DNA of 64,000 nucleotides, from positions 372,001 to 436,000 of the forward strand of contig SMSO01000025.1 of assembly GCA_004764695.1 (NCBI GenBank), in the 5' to 3' direction. Shown here in pieces: positions 33,768-43,891 of the stretch. The stretch is from Schizochytrium sp. TIO01 (lineage: Eukaryota; Protista; Bigyra: Labyrinthulomycetes). The stretch's first letter is position 1. The number at the start of each line of letters is the position of its first letter. Made by a program: the position numbers and the translations under genes. Below the pieces are notes generated by a model that ran no database searches, was not told the DNA's origin, and saw only the letters and a list, made by a program, of their open reading frames with translations.

Positions 33768-36700
33768 CTATTCCTCTGTCTGGATCTTGTGCTGCCGTAC
33801 AAGCAAAGGCTCTGGAAGTTTGCCATGTTGTGCTACACGCCATCCATCTAAAGGTGGCTTGTTTGAACTTCCTTGTTCAATATTAACATAATAAACGCGT
33901 TTCGTGGTCAAGGTCTTAGTAGCAGAATTGTCTTCCACATTTGACCGTCGTCGAAACTCCGACGGTTTTCTGCTTAAAGACCTTTGAATAGGACCAGACA
34001 GAGTTCTTTGTTGATCGGCAGCACCCTCTTCGGCTGGAGGGCGTTGTTGAATGTCTGCAATATCCTCAGCATCGCTGCCGAGAGGAAGCTGATATACAAG
34101 GGATCCAACGAGAAGCCAAATTTTACGATCTGCATATGGTGACCGAAGGAGGATGAATGTTGCATTTGGCTTTTGCATGACAAATTGAGGAACGTCGTCA
34201 GAAATTCCAGATTGAAGGAAACGACCATGGATTTCGGGACAACCTGAGTCTGTAATAACAACAGCCTCGCGGTTCATTTGTTCCATGTCTTTCAAATAAC
34301 TGTCTGACGTCTTGCAAATAAGCGTCGGGCCTGGAGGCTTTCCCGAAATAGCTTCCCAACTATGCGTTGGTGGCCTCAAGGATCCACCCTCAGCTTTGTT
34401 GACGTAGAGTAAGATGGTTTCACCAGAGCCTTTGAGCATTTTAAATGTCCATACTGGTACTTGCCCGGTTTGTGGCTCCGATCGCTCGATGAGGTAAGTC
34501 TCATCGGACCCAGGAGAAGTCATAATATACTTGGCTGCATCTGTGACTTCCATCTGCTCATAGGAGCCACATACAGCACGACTACCAGCCTCAATGACGT
34601 TGACACGCACAATGCTTTTAAGGATATGACGCTTGCGTTGTCCAAGTTGTTTCTGAGCATGGTGCGCGCGATAACATGCCTGGAGACGCACTGCAGCCTT
34701 AACGACGATTTCGTGAACTCTTTTCTCGAATTTTACCTGCTCTTTATGAGAGCGAAACCGACTTTGAATCTTGATTGCAGCCGTTTGCTGCTTGTTTAGA
34801 GTTTTGCGAGCAATATGGGCTCTCATTTGGCTCTGTAGCTTCATGGCGGCGGTTTTTTGCGTTTTTAAGCGAACAGTACGACGCTTGGCCTCGAACTGAC
34901 GAAACTGTGCTTGTAGGCGAGTTGCTGCAATATCAATCATTACACGGTTATTGGCTTCGCATGAGCGTTGTGCATTCAATACAGTTTTTCTGACATAGCG
35001 AATTGCAGCTGCATGTATCGCGCGTCGTTGAATCCACCTGCGTCGCGGCGGAATCATGCGCATAAAAGATTGAATCTTCACTCCTGCTTGGCGTTGACTG
35101 TTGAATATTCCGGCAGCGCTGTGTCGACGCATATTGGACTGAATCTTAGTAGCTGCGCGTTTCTGTTTTTCTTCAAGCTCCTTTGCCTCCTTTTCAGCCT
35201 GTAGTCGAGCTTCCTCTTCCGCCCTGACTCTGGCTTCGGCTTCTGCTCTTTGTTGGTCTTCTGCAGCTTTAGCCTCTGCCTCAGCCCTGGCCGCTTCTTG
35301 TAAGAGTGCCTCTGCTTCTGCTTGGGCTTTCGCTTTCTCCTCAAGTCGTGCTTTTTCTTCGCTTTCGGCTCGTGCTTGATTCTCCTGTTCAGCTTTATCT
35401 AGTGCCTTGCCGAGCTCAAGTTTTAATTTCATTCTGTCATCTTCATTTGCAATATCAGGTCCAAATAAGCTTGTGGTATTTCCGTTTTCTTCAATCTGGT
35501 GATCCCAGGACATAAGTTGATGTTTCGAAAATTCAAGTGTAAGATCAGGCGGCAACAAAATAGTTGATGCTTCTGCAGCTGTAAGAACTTCGAGGTTGCG
35601 AAGAAATGGATCTTCTTCATCCTCTGCAAGTGATTCTAAAGGCAAGACGCTTTGGGTGTCATATGTGTATGTCCAAAGAAGTTCTTGACGACGGTTTGTT
35701 GGATCAGATTGAGGAATGTTCAGCTTCAGTTGCCCGGCCAGACCTTTAGTACTTTTGTCTGCCTTGATCACACGAAGCAACTCACGATTGCTATCGTTCG
35801 CCAATGGCAACTCTCGGTGAGATCCATCAACAACTTGCTTATATACTGGTTGCCGATATGGGTTTTTCTGTCGCAAGGATTTTGATGGCTCTGAAGGAGG
35901 CATAGGCTGAAGTGTTCGCGTGCTCTCTCCATCCATACTAACCGTGAGAAGTGAAGACATGGTAGAACTACTTGCTAAGAGTTTATGGCGCTTCTTAATC
36001 TTATCAACTTCCTCCTCAAAAAGGGAATGGTGAGATGCGTCACGCCACATGGGCTTTTCCTTTGGTGATCCACGTGGCGAATGGAGGTGGTTATTTTTCT
36101 TTTGAGCTAATGGTCTTGCCTTTGGCTTTGGAAGTTTTTGAATGCGATATGTTGGTTTCTTCTTGCCTTCAAATTTATCCACAATAAGTTCGCTATCTAA
36201 GTAATTGCGAACAAGTCTCTTCGTTTTCTCAAGTTGTTTGTCTTTTCGTTTCGGCGAGCCCTTTGTAGCAATAGTTTGACTTGCAAAAAACGAAGCGTTT
36301 ACTTTAAAGTCGACGTTGACAATTGTTTCCCTACTCAGCCCAACTCCATTCCGAGCAATTACTGCAAAAGTGCAAGCATACGTAAATGCTTCAGAGGTCA
36401 CCATTGCGCTAAGGACACATGCACAAGATGTAGTACGATAGACAATCTTCCATTCTTTCTCGTTAAGATTACGACGTTGCACAATGTATTCTTCGATGTC
36501 AGCACCTCTGTCGTCACTTGGTTTCCAGCGAAGTTTGATAAACATATGCCGACCCTTAATTTCAGGTGCATCATATAATGTATATGAAGCATCAATATCA
36601 GTCGGGGGTAGAGGACGCGCAGCAGGTGTGCGAACCGCAATTGTCTCACTTAGGCTTACAACCCCTGAAGGCGCTTGGGGAAGGTTTTTACAGACACGCA

Positions 36701-37607
36701 GCCAGTACCAAGTGGCCGAGTCTAATAAGTTGAACACCAGTTCATGCTCTGACTTGTTGTCAATATGCCGAGCACGGGCGTGAAGAAAAGGACCTGGTTG
36801 ACTTGGAACAGCAGCCTTCGGGCCACCTAGGTCACGCGCGATTTCAACAATTGAACCTACAGGGACCGCCCCCTGCGGCCACCGAAAATTCAATGAGCTT
36901 GACCGCCCCCCCACTAGAGCCGGGGGTGGGCATGCTTGTATATATGCGCATAACGGGGATCGGGTTTGTTCTCCCATCCCTGAGATGATACGCCGGTCTG
37001 ACTTTGTAATTGAGACACCAAGTGAGAGGCTGAAACTGTGTGGATGTTCTAAAACATATTCAAGACAGTTATCTTGTAAAAGAGGTAAATTTACTTCTTC
37101 AGACAAGTTTTTCTCCTGCGATAAAGAAATAAAGGGAGCATAAAACACGTGGATGTCAGTAGAATCATGTCTTCGTAATGGCTCCCAAGTGAACTTTATT
37201 GTCGCATGCTTTTCAGGCTGCTGATTATGAATGATGTTTTGTATCGTCGGCGCTAGCATCTTCGTACATGCTAATGTGGTTGTACTATTTGATAGCTCAA
37301 TAGAATATAAAGAATTTGGATATAGCTTCTTAATGCGTATCCTTTTGCGTGCCTGTCTTGGTGCATCACCGCTGTCATACTCAACTGACTCAGAGTAAAT
37401 TGCAACCTGTTGAGTGCAATCGCCTTCCGGGCCTATTACAGCGACTACATGGTCCTCTGGCGACGCATCGACGTCAACCTCTAGCCAATCTGTGCCACTT
37501 TGCCTCCACCGGAATTCCTCGCTTTCGCTGCGCATTGAGCTCGTCGCTGTTTGTGCTAATTGATCTTCATTCTCGTGTACAAGTCTCTCAGACTTAGGAC
37601 TGGCCAT
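33768..37607 (-). CDS. Fibronectin type III + coiled-coil + IQ-motif protein with two C-terminal repeats, 1279 aa
   Basis: FN3 (LRWKPSDDRGADIEEYIV...FAVIARNGVG), E/A/K-rich helix, six IQ-like motifs (KIQSNMRR, KIQSFMR, RLQAQFR, KLQSQMR, KIQSRFR, RLQACYR) and a duplicated PP..(S/G)W module. Confidence 0.88.
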   Translation of the reverse strand: MASPKSERLVHENEDQLAQTATSSMRSESEEFRWRQSGTDWLEVDVDASPEDHVVAVIGPEGDCTQQVAIYSESVEYDSGDAPRQARKRIRIKKLYPNSLYSIELSNSTTTLACTKMLAPTIQNIIHNQQPEKHATIKFTWEPLRRHDSTDIHVFYAPFISLSQEKNLSEEVNLPLLQDNCLEYVLEHPHSFSLSLGVSITKSDRRIISGMGEQTRSPLCAYIQACPPPALVGGRSSSLNFRWPQGAVPVGSIVEIARDLGGPKAAVPSQPGPFLHARARHIDNKSEHELVFNLLDSATWYWLRVCKNLPQAPSGVVSLSETIAVRTPAARPLPPTDIDASYTLYDAPEIKGRHMFIKLRWKPSDDRGADIEEYIVQRRNLNEKEWKIVYRTTSCACVLSAMVTSEAFTYACTFAVIARNGVGLSRETIVNVDFKVNASFFASQTIATKGSPKRKDKQLEKTKRLVRNYLDSELIVDKFEGKKKPTYRIQKLPKPKARPLAQKKNNHLHSPRGSPKEKPMWRDASHHSLFEEEVDKIKKRHKLLASSSTMSSLLTVSMDGESTRTLQPMPPSEPSKSLRQKNPYRQPVYKQVVDGSHRELPLANDSNRELLRVIKADKSTKGLAGQLKLNIPQSDPTNRRQELLWTYTYDTQSVLPLESLAEDEEDPFLRNLEVLTAAEASTILLPPDLTLEFSKHQLMSWDHQIEENGNTTSLFGPDIANEDDRMKLKLELGKALDKAEQENQARAESEEKARLEEKAKAQAEAEALLQEAARAEAEAKAAEDQQRAEAEARVRAEEEARLQAEKEAKELEEKQKRAATKIQSNMRRHSAAGIFNSQRQAGVKIQSFMRMIPPRRRWIQRRAIHAAAIRYVRKTVLNAQRSCEANNRVMIDIAATRLQAQFRQFEAKRRTVRLKTQKTAAMKLQSQMRAHIARKTLNKQQTAAIKIQSRFRSHKEQVKFEKRVHEIVVKAAVRLQACYRAHHAQKQLGQRKRHILKSIVRVNVIEAGSRAVCGSYEQMEVTDAAKYIMTSPGSDETYLIERSEPQTGQVPVWTFKMLKGSGETILLYVNKAEGGSLRPPTHSWEAISGKPPGPTLICKTSDSYLKDMEQMNREAVVITDSGCPEIHGRFLQSGISDDVPQFVMQKPNATFILLRSPYADRKIWLLVGSLVYQLPLGSDAEDIADIQQRPPAEEGAADQQRTLSGPIQRSLSRKPSEFRRRSNVEDNSATKTLTTKRVYYVNIEQGSSNKPPLDGWRVAQHGKLPEPLLVRQHKIQTEE

Positions 37608-38210
37608 CTCTGTGCCACCTTCAGGGCGATTGCAGCCTCAGGACAAGACCCCACTACCTCCCGGTCAGCAATAGCCTTTGCTAGCGATGAGGCTGTTGTG
37701 CACGACAAGGTCTCCCAGTTCTTGTCCTTTCTAACCAAGTTGTTCATGTCCCCAGCGACAATATTTGTCCTCTTGAGCGTTGTTTCCGTACCTCCTCCTC
37801 GCACACCCTGAGAATTCATGTTGTATAATAATTTTATTACTTCGCTGAGGATTCTTTTTTTGGTACACTCGGTCTTCCCCCACATGCCATGCATTTTAAA
37901 ATCAAACTTGATCCGCAATTTCAAGTTTCATACCTTTTATGGTAGTTGGTGTATTTCGTCAATCATCTGCTCATCACCAGCCAACTTAATCTCTTTTAAA
38001 AGATCACCGCTTCGGAATAATCCAGCAATTGGCTGGCCTCCATGATGTTGATCGGCAGACATGATTTATCCGTAACGGATAGAAAAAAGAAAGAAAGAAA
38101 GAAAACATCCGTATCAGTATAATACTTTGCTATACTCTAGGTTATCCATAAGGTTAGGCTTTTTGTTAAATGCTTTCTTTCGAATTAGTTGTTTATGAAA
38201 AAACAAATAA

Positions 38211-38289
38211 TACTGTGAGTGGGACTCGAACCCACGCCCTTTCGGACCACGGCCTTAACGTGGCACCTTAACCGCTCGGTCATCACAGC
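38211..38289 (-). tRNA. tRNA-Leu(AAG), copy 1
   Basis: 79-nt cloverleaf: acceptor GCTGTGA/TCACAGT+A, anticodon arm CCACG-TTAAGGC-CGTGG, long variable arm, T arm GTGGG-TTCGAGT-CCCAC. Confidence 0.97.
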
Positions 38290-38417
38290 AACTTGTGGTG
38301 GCATGATGCCTTGATGTTCTTATAGATCACATACATCATGATATTATAAAAATTATTTGCCTTGACATTCACAAACAAATTATAATATAACAAAAAAATT
38401 GATTCAAAAAAAGTAGT

Positions 38418-38496
38418 TACTGTGAGTGGGACTCGAACCCACGCCCTTTCGGACCACGGCCTTAACGTGGCACCTTAACCGCTCGGTCATCACAGC
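38418..38496 (-). tRNA. tRNA-Leu(AAG), copy 2
   Basis: Identical to copy 1. Confidence 0.97.
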
Positions 38497-38592
38497 AGGT
38501 TAGGACTTGACAATGCATTGACATATTTACAGCTATGAACCATATTCTTCAGCAAGAATTTGTACTCATTAGAGAACACAAAAAAATAAAAT

Positions 38593-38671
38593 TACTGTGA
38601 GTGGGACTCGAACCCACGCCCTTTCGGACCACGGCCTTAACGTGGCACCTTAACCGCTCGGTCATCACAGC
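38593..38671 (-). tRNA. tRNA-Leu(AAG), copy 3
   Basis: Identical to copy 1. Confidence 0.97.
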
Positions 38672-38767
38672 GAGTTGGGTTGGAATGATTCAGTGACATA
38701 GTTATAGCTATGAACTATATTCTTCAGCAAGAATTTGTATTCATTAGAGAACACAAAAAAATAAGAT

Positions 38768-38846
38768 TACTGTGAGTGGGACTCGAACCCACGCCCTTTC
38801 GGACCACGGCCTTAACGTGGCACCTTAACCGCTCGGTCATCACAGC
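38768..38846 (-). tRNA. tRNA-Leu(AAG), copy 4
   Basis: Identical to copy 1. Confidence 0.97.
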
Positions 38847-38941
38847 AAGTTGAAGTTCCTGTATGCATTGACAATAATAGAGCAACAGTAACAATCGTTA
38901 TCAAAAATTTATTTCTAGAATACAAAAAGAAAAGGTTGTAA

Positions 38942-39020
38942 TACTGTGAGTGGGACTCGAACCCACGCCCTTTCGGACCACGGCCTTAACGTGGCACCTT
39001 AACCGCTCGGTCATCACAGC
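38942..39020 (-). tRNA. tRNA-Leu(AAG), copy 5
   Basis: Identical to copy 1. Confidence 0.97.
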
Positions 39021-40732
39021 GTGTACGGATCTCATGTTACTGAGTGAAAGTTCCAAATTCCATTGCTAGTTTTGTCTGAAATTTGAATTCTGCAAGTTGA
39101 GAAATACATTTTGGGGAATTCAAAATCTATGATAGACGCTATAAGGTGACCTAAATTTCTCCAAATCGTAATGAATTTCATGTTCTAGGCCTTTTCGGAA
39201 TTCAAAGTTCATTCATGCGGTTCAATCATCGGTATAACCTCATCTAAAAAAAAAAAAATATTCCTAAATATTGCTTTGGATTTTTAACTGTCTATTTGGA
39301 GGGGATCGGCACTTTTGTCTTGACGTTTCCACTTATATTACATGTTGTGCACAATATGCCCTTCACTGACACGTTAATGTAAGCATCACGAATATCAATA
39401 TTTCAAAATGTACAAGTGTATGAACAGAATGAAACAGAGTACTCTTGCTGTTGACCATTATTTTTGAAAGAGTTGGCTTTGAATGCCTTGCTGAGCATAC
39501 ATACGTTTCTTAGTTTGGTTTGCTATGTGGGATAGCTGGTTACTGAAACTCTGATATGCATCTCACAGATTGAGCAATGATACATTCGTTTAACTTGTAA
39601 CATGCAATTCATGTTGATACCTTTTGACTCCTGACTCCTGATTCGGCTTTGTACTCGTAATGTTCATGAGACATAAGTAGAGATACAATATTCATCATTT
39701 GAGTCATATCCTAAGGTAGCTAAATTAAACACCTTATTGTGGTTCTTTCCTTGAGACCGTTTTCTTTTTCTTGATGTAGTCTCTTGACTTCTTATGCAAT
39801 GACTTATGCTGCTGCTGCAGACAGACAGTGTTCTTATGTCCTATATTATTGCAGATCACCCTATTTGCATAGACGCAATTAATTGTCTATTGAGTGGTCA
39901 GTGAGCCCACAACGAAGACACGCATCCGTTGGAGTGGGTTGAGGTCTTCTTCCCCCCGAGCGATGACTCTGAGACAGACTATGTGGCCGAAAAGATCTAT
40001 GCTTAGAATGCTTCGGGCAAAACACATTTCTTTACTTCTTGTTGTATGCCTCTTTCCTCGAGGAGTTCAAAGTAGAAATACAAAATGCTGCGGTGCATTA
40101 TAAACTTGATGGCCAAATCAAGAAAGCGAATTTTTGACATGCGAGATCATCAACTATTGATCGCAAATGTATGTCATCTATACAGTGAATTTGCATAATA
40201 GTTCGTGATATCTTTTAGGTTGTTCTATTGCTACTTTTTATTGAGTATTACCGATCAAAGCAACAGTTAGACCCGGATAGGCAAGGTCAAGAATACTTTT
40301 TACTGATGAACAGCTCAAGGAAGGAACAGAGTTGATGGTTATCACTGTCATAAAAGTTTGACAATTTTGCATATTGATAGGGAGGCGTATTTAATTTATG
40401 AATTAGGAAATTTAGCTTGATCTTACTGTCAGCATAAGTGAAAAGTTTCCACAGAATCTATTACTACCATCGCCATTTCCAGCTAGTTGCTATAATTACC
40501 TCATCATTCTACCTATGCCATCAGCGAGATGTACGTTTACATATTCCCATCAGGACCTTCTAAAACACTGTAGATATGGTCTAAAACACTGCAGGCTTCG
40601 AAGAACAAGTATTTTTTGAAGAACTTGTTTTAGTTAATTTGCTTCCTGACCTATGATTTCGCAGGATAATTAACAAATAATAATTTTTCAGCTTTACTAT
40701 ATATATGCCAATGCAAACAGACTTTTTAAGTT

Positions 40733-40811
40733 GCTGTGATGACCGAGCGGTTAAGGTGCCACGTTAAGGCCGTGGTCCGAAAGGGCGTGGGTTCGAGTCC
40801 CACTCACAGTA
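40733..40811 (+). tRNA. tRNA-Leu(AAG), copy 6
   Basis: Identical sequence on the plus strand, followed by an oligo-T Pol III terminator. Confidence 0.97.
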
Positions 40812-40905
40812 ATCTTATTTTTTTTAGTATATTAGAATATAAATTTTTGACGAAGATTGTTGTTAGTAGCTATAATTATGTCAATACAACAGTTTAAGTC
40901 AACAT

Positions 40906-40984
40906 GCTGTGATGACCGAGCGGTTAAGGTGCCACGTTAAGGCCGTGGTCCGAAAGGGCGTGGGTTCGAGTCCCACTCACAGTA
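40906..40984 (+). tRNA. tRNA-Leu(AAG), copy 7
   Basis: Identical; T6 downstream. Confidence 0.97.
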
Positions 40985-41080
40985 TCTAAATTGTTTTTTG
41001 TTGCCTTGTATATGTAAGGTCTTTCATCTTTGGAAGTATCCAAAGTACTTAAATGTCAACGCGATATGGTAGTTCAAGTT

Positions 41081-41159
41081 GCTGTGATGACCGAGCGGTT
41101 AAGGTGCCACGTTAAGGCCGTGGTCCGAAAGGGCGTGGGTTCGAGTCCCACTCACAGTA
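41081..41159 (+). tRNA. tRNA-Leu(AAG), copy 8
   Basis: Identical; T6 downstream. Confidence 0.97.
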
Positions 41160-41255
41160 TCTAAATTGTTTTTTGTTGCCTTGTATATGTAAGGTCTTTC
41201 ATCTTTGGAAGTATCCAAAGTACTTAAATGTCAACGCGATATGGTAGTTCAAGTT

Positions 41256-41334
41256 GCTGTGATGACCGAGCGGTTAAGGTGCCACGTTAAGGCCGTGGTC
41301 CGAAAGGGCGTGGGTTCGAGTCCCACTCACAGTA
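41256..41334 (+). tRNA. tRNA-Leu(AAG), copy 9
   Basis: Identical; T-run immediately downstream. Confidence 0.97.
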
Positions 41335-41424
41335 TGTTTTTTTTGTTTCTCTTATATTTTTTTTTCTTTTCAGTGGTTCTTGCGATGCCTGATTGTCAGC
41401 CATGGTCCTTTGGCCTTTCAGCGA

Positions 41425-41503
41425 GCTGTGATGACCGAGCGGTTAAGGTGCCACGTTAAGGCCGTGGTCCGAAAGGGCGTGGGTTCGAGTCCCACTCACA
41501 GTA
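41425..41503 (+). tRNA. tRNA-Leu(AAG), copy 10
   Basis: Identical; T5 downstream. Confidence 0.97.
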
Positions 41504-42040
41504 CGTAAGTATTGTTTTTGTCAGTTTAAGATAGAACACGATTGTCTTCGAATGACAATTTCGCTTCGCTTCCTTCGGTTGGAAGTGTAAAACTCTTTTT
41601 TATTTTGTTTTTGTTTCTGTTCATCTAATGCAAGCATAAATTTTCAATATGCTGGTGTATTGAAAAGCATCTAAAACTTGAGCAGGGTATGGTTTCTGCT
41701 GTGTCATTTTCACATCAAGGCCGAAGTAACCATCTACTGTACTTCGTTGCTGGTCTTTACAGTCATTTCATGTAAGCTAAGCTAGCTAGGTTTTATTGTT
41801 CAAAACAATAAAAAGCTTGTACAAGAAAGACCAACAAAGTATTTTATTATCTGTGATTCGAGAGCCTTTTGCAGGTCTTCTTTTTCATGCAGGAAAACTG
41901 CGAGTAGTCAAAAGTAGTCAAACAATCTTTGTAAAAACGAAATGAAGGGTGAGGTAAATAAAGAAGAGAGAAAAAGCATCTCAGGGGTCAATTTTATTTT
42001 AAGAAATAAAAAAAAGAAAGAACTAGAATGTAATTTCGAA

Positions 42041-42119
42041 TACTGTGAGTGGGACTCGAACCCACGCCCTTTCGGACCACGGCCTTAACGTGGCACCTTA
42101 ACCGCTCGGTCATCACAGC
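42041..42119 (-). tRNA. tRNA-Leu(AAG), copy 11
   Basis: Identical; solitary and convergent with copy 10. Confidence 0.97.
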
Positions 42120-42406
42120 AGATTTACGCATCGCTCACTCGGATGCAACCATAGAACTCCTGGAAGTCAAGACCAACATATGTCAAAATGATGATTCTAA
42201 TCCCCAATTGACTTCTACTTTCCCGTGTGCATCGTCTCTCGAGTATTATCTGCTGCTTCCATGTACACATAGTCATCTAGGGTACTTAGAATTGAGTATC
42301 ATAAGGATATTAAGGGCCAGAGGGTTAATTCATAGATTAGCGCCCAGAGACACACCAACCGAGTAACTACAATAATATTCTGGGCGCGATAGCGAGAGTA
42401 TAGCGA

Positions 42407-43891
42407 CTAATGCAATGCAGAGGCGAGGATGATTTTGCTAAGTTTCTGCGCCTGGTCCTCATCTATAATGGAGCGCTGCACAGCAATGTGGAGAGCTGAT
42501 TGAATGCGAGCTGCTTGCACCTTGATGTGGTTTGTGGGCGGGCGCAAGATCTTGGCTTGGTTGAGAAATTCAATGTTGATGACTGAGTTTTCATGTTTCT
42601 TCGTGTCCAGCAAAAATGGCTCGCCGTCAATTTGAACAGGAAACTCTTTTTGTGTGGGTCTGACAAAAATACGGCATGATTTACACTGGCGAAGTGGTCT
42701 TGGTTTTGCTAAACCAACCTGCGCCGCGCCAAGCTGGAAGCTTGATGCTACAGAGACAACCTCAAGGTACCCATCATCTTGGGCAGCTGGACTCAGACCA
42801 TCATCCCAAAGGTCTACCCCACCACCATAGCTTCTAATGTTTAAGACGATGATTCCCTCAGTGTTTGGGGGTAAAGTCACAGGCTCACCATCGCATTCAA
42901 GGTGCACAATATTGTTAAAGTCTGCGAAGCGTTGCATGAGAATTTCCTTTCCACCACTTGACGCGTACCAGATGTACTTGTTGATGAAGCGGCTGGTAAA
43001 CAGGTGTGGGCTTCGTTCGCGATTTAGGTGGAAGTTCAAGGAGATTTGTGCATCTACACCAACACCAAGGTAGTTGTTGAGCACGAACTCCCGTTTCTGG
43101 ACACCTTTACAGCGCACCTTCCAGCGATCGAGTGGTGCTTCTTCTCCATCGGCGACATCTAAAAGGTGTCTCACAAGGGCATTTCCTCCTGAGGCGAGTC
43201 CTGTTGTGCCTCCTCCCCAGCCCAGAACCCTGGAGAGGTCATTACCCGTTCCTACTGGCATAATTGAGAGCGGAGGTCTATACTTGAGTTTGAGAGCATC
43301 AATGGTGGCGAGCACCCACGCCACGCTACCATCACCTCCTGCAACCATAACTCTAAACCGTGGTACGTCTCTGTACAGTTCAAGGGCCTTTTCAGGTCCT
43401 TGTGGTCCTCCAAGCTCGAAGATTTGCCAATCTGGCAGAAATGTACGAAGTTGCGTCAAAATAAGGTCTCCCATTTGGCCTCCGCTTTTGCGGTTCACAA
43501 AGACCAGGAGCGGTGTTTTCCCCGCATTGCTAGGCTCATTTTTGTAAGCGTCAAGATCAAAAACAAAAAGTTTTTCGCCAACCGAACGCAAATTCTGCAG
43601 CAGGGAATCCCTCGAGTCGGAATTTGTGTGTCTAAGCGTGAGTCTGCGTGACTGCTTGACAATGTCTTCGGGGAGCCGGAGCTGTTCGATGCGTTTGCGT
43701 TGAGACTTGCTCAGCACGAGAGCCGAATCCGAAGATGATCCGTCAGGTCTGCGAGGTGCGCCTGCGAAGATCAACAGCGTCGTCACCATGCACACGATCG
43801 CCGTTAAAAGCGCCACCATCTCCTGCTGCACTGGCAGGCCAGTCCAGCCGATGGCATCTAGTGCACGCACCACATCGCCTCTGCTCGCCAT
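42407..43891 (-). CDS. DGK: Diacylglycerol kinase (N-terminal TM, catalytic and accessory domains)
   Basis: PLLVFVNRKSGGQMG, VAGGDGSVAWVL, PVGTGNDLSRVLGWG, NNYLGVGVDAQI, LNIRSYGGG, QIDGEP. Confidence 0.95.
   Translation of the reverse strand: MASRGDVVRALDAIGWTGLPVQQEMVALLTAIVCMVTTLLIFAGAPRRPDGSSSDSALVLSKSQRKRIEQLRLPEDIVKQSRRLTLRHTNSDSRDSLLQNLRSVGEKLFVFDLDAYKNEPSNAGKTPLLVFVNRKSGGQMGDLILTQLRTFLPDWQIFELGGPQGPEKALELYRDVPRFRVMVAGGDGSVAWVLATIDALKLKYRPPLSIMPVGTGNDLSRVLGWGGGTTGLASGGNALVRHLLDVADGEEAPLDRWKVRCKGVQKREFVLNNYLGVGVDAQISLNFHLNRERSPHLFTSRFINKYIWYASSGGKEILMQRFADFNNIVHLECDGEPVTLPPNTEGIIVLNIRSYGGGVDLWDDGLSPAAQDDGYLEVVSVASSFQLGAAQVGLAKPRPLRQCKSCRIFVRPTQKEFPVQIDGEPFLLDTKKHENSVINIEFLNQAKILRPPTNHIKVQAARIQSALHIAVQRSIIDEDQAQKLSKIILASALH

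Noticed and set aside
3719-37597. Numerous 60-210-aa ORFs overlapping the long CDSs
   Set aside because: Antisense or alternate-frame shadows of genuine genes, with no independent motifs.
38211-41503. CRISPR-like array (identical repeats with similar-length variable spacers)
   Set aside because: The repeats are 79-nt tRNA cloverleaves with Pol III terminators, the spacers are related to each other, there are no cas genes, and the context is eukaryotic.
41205-42366. ORFs 41205-41459 and 42049-42366
   Set aside because: They run through tRNA genes and start at non-ATG codons.
3885-43891. Lipid-signalling gene cluster (pseudo-lipase, SMPD4, P450, DGK)
   Set aside because: The genes are interspersed with unrelated housekeeping genes and I see no shared regulatory signature; chance is sufficient.
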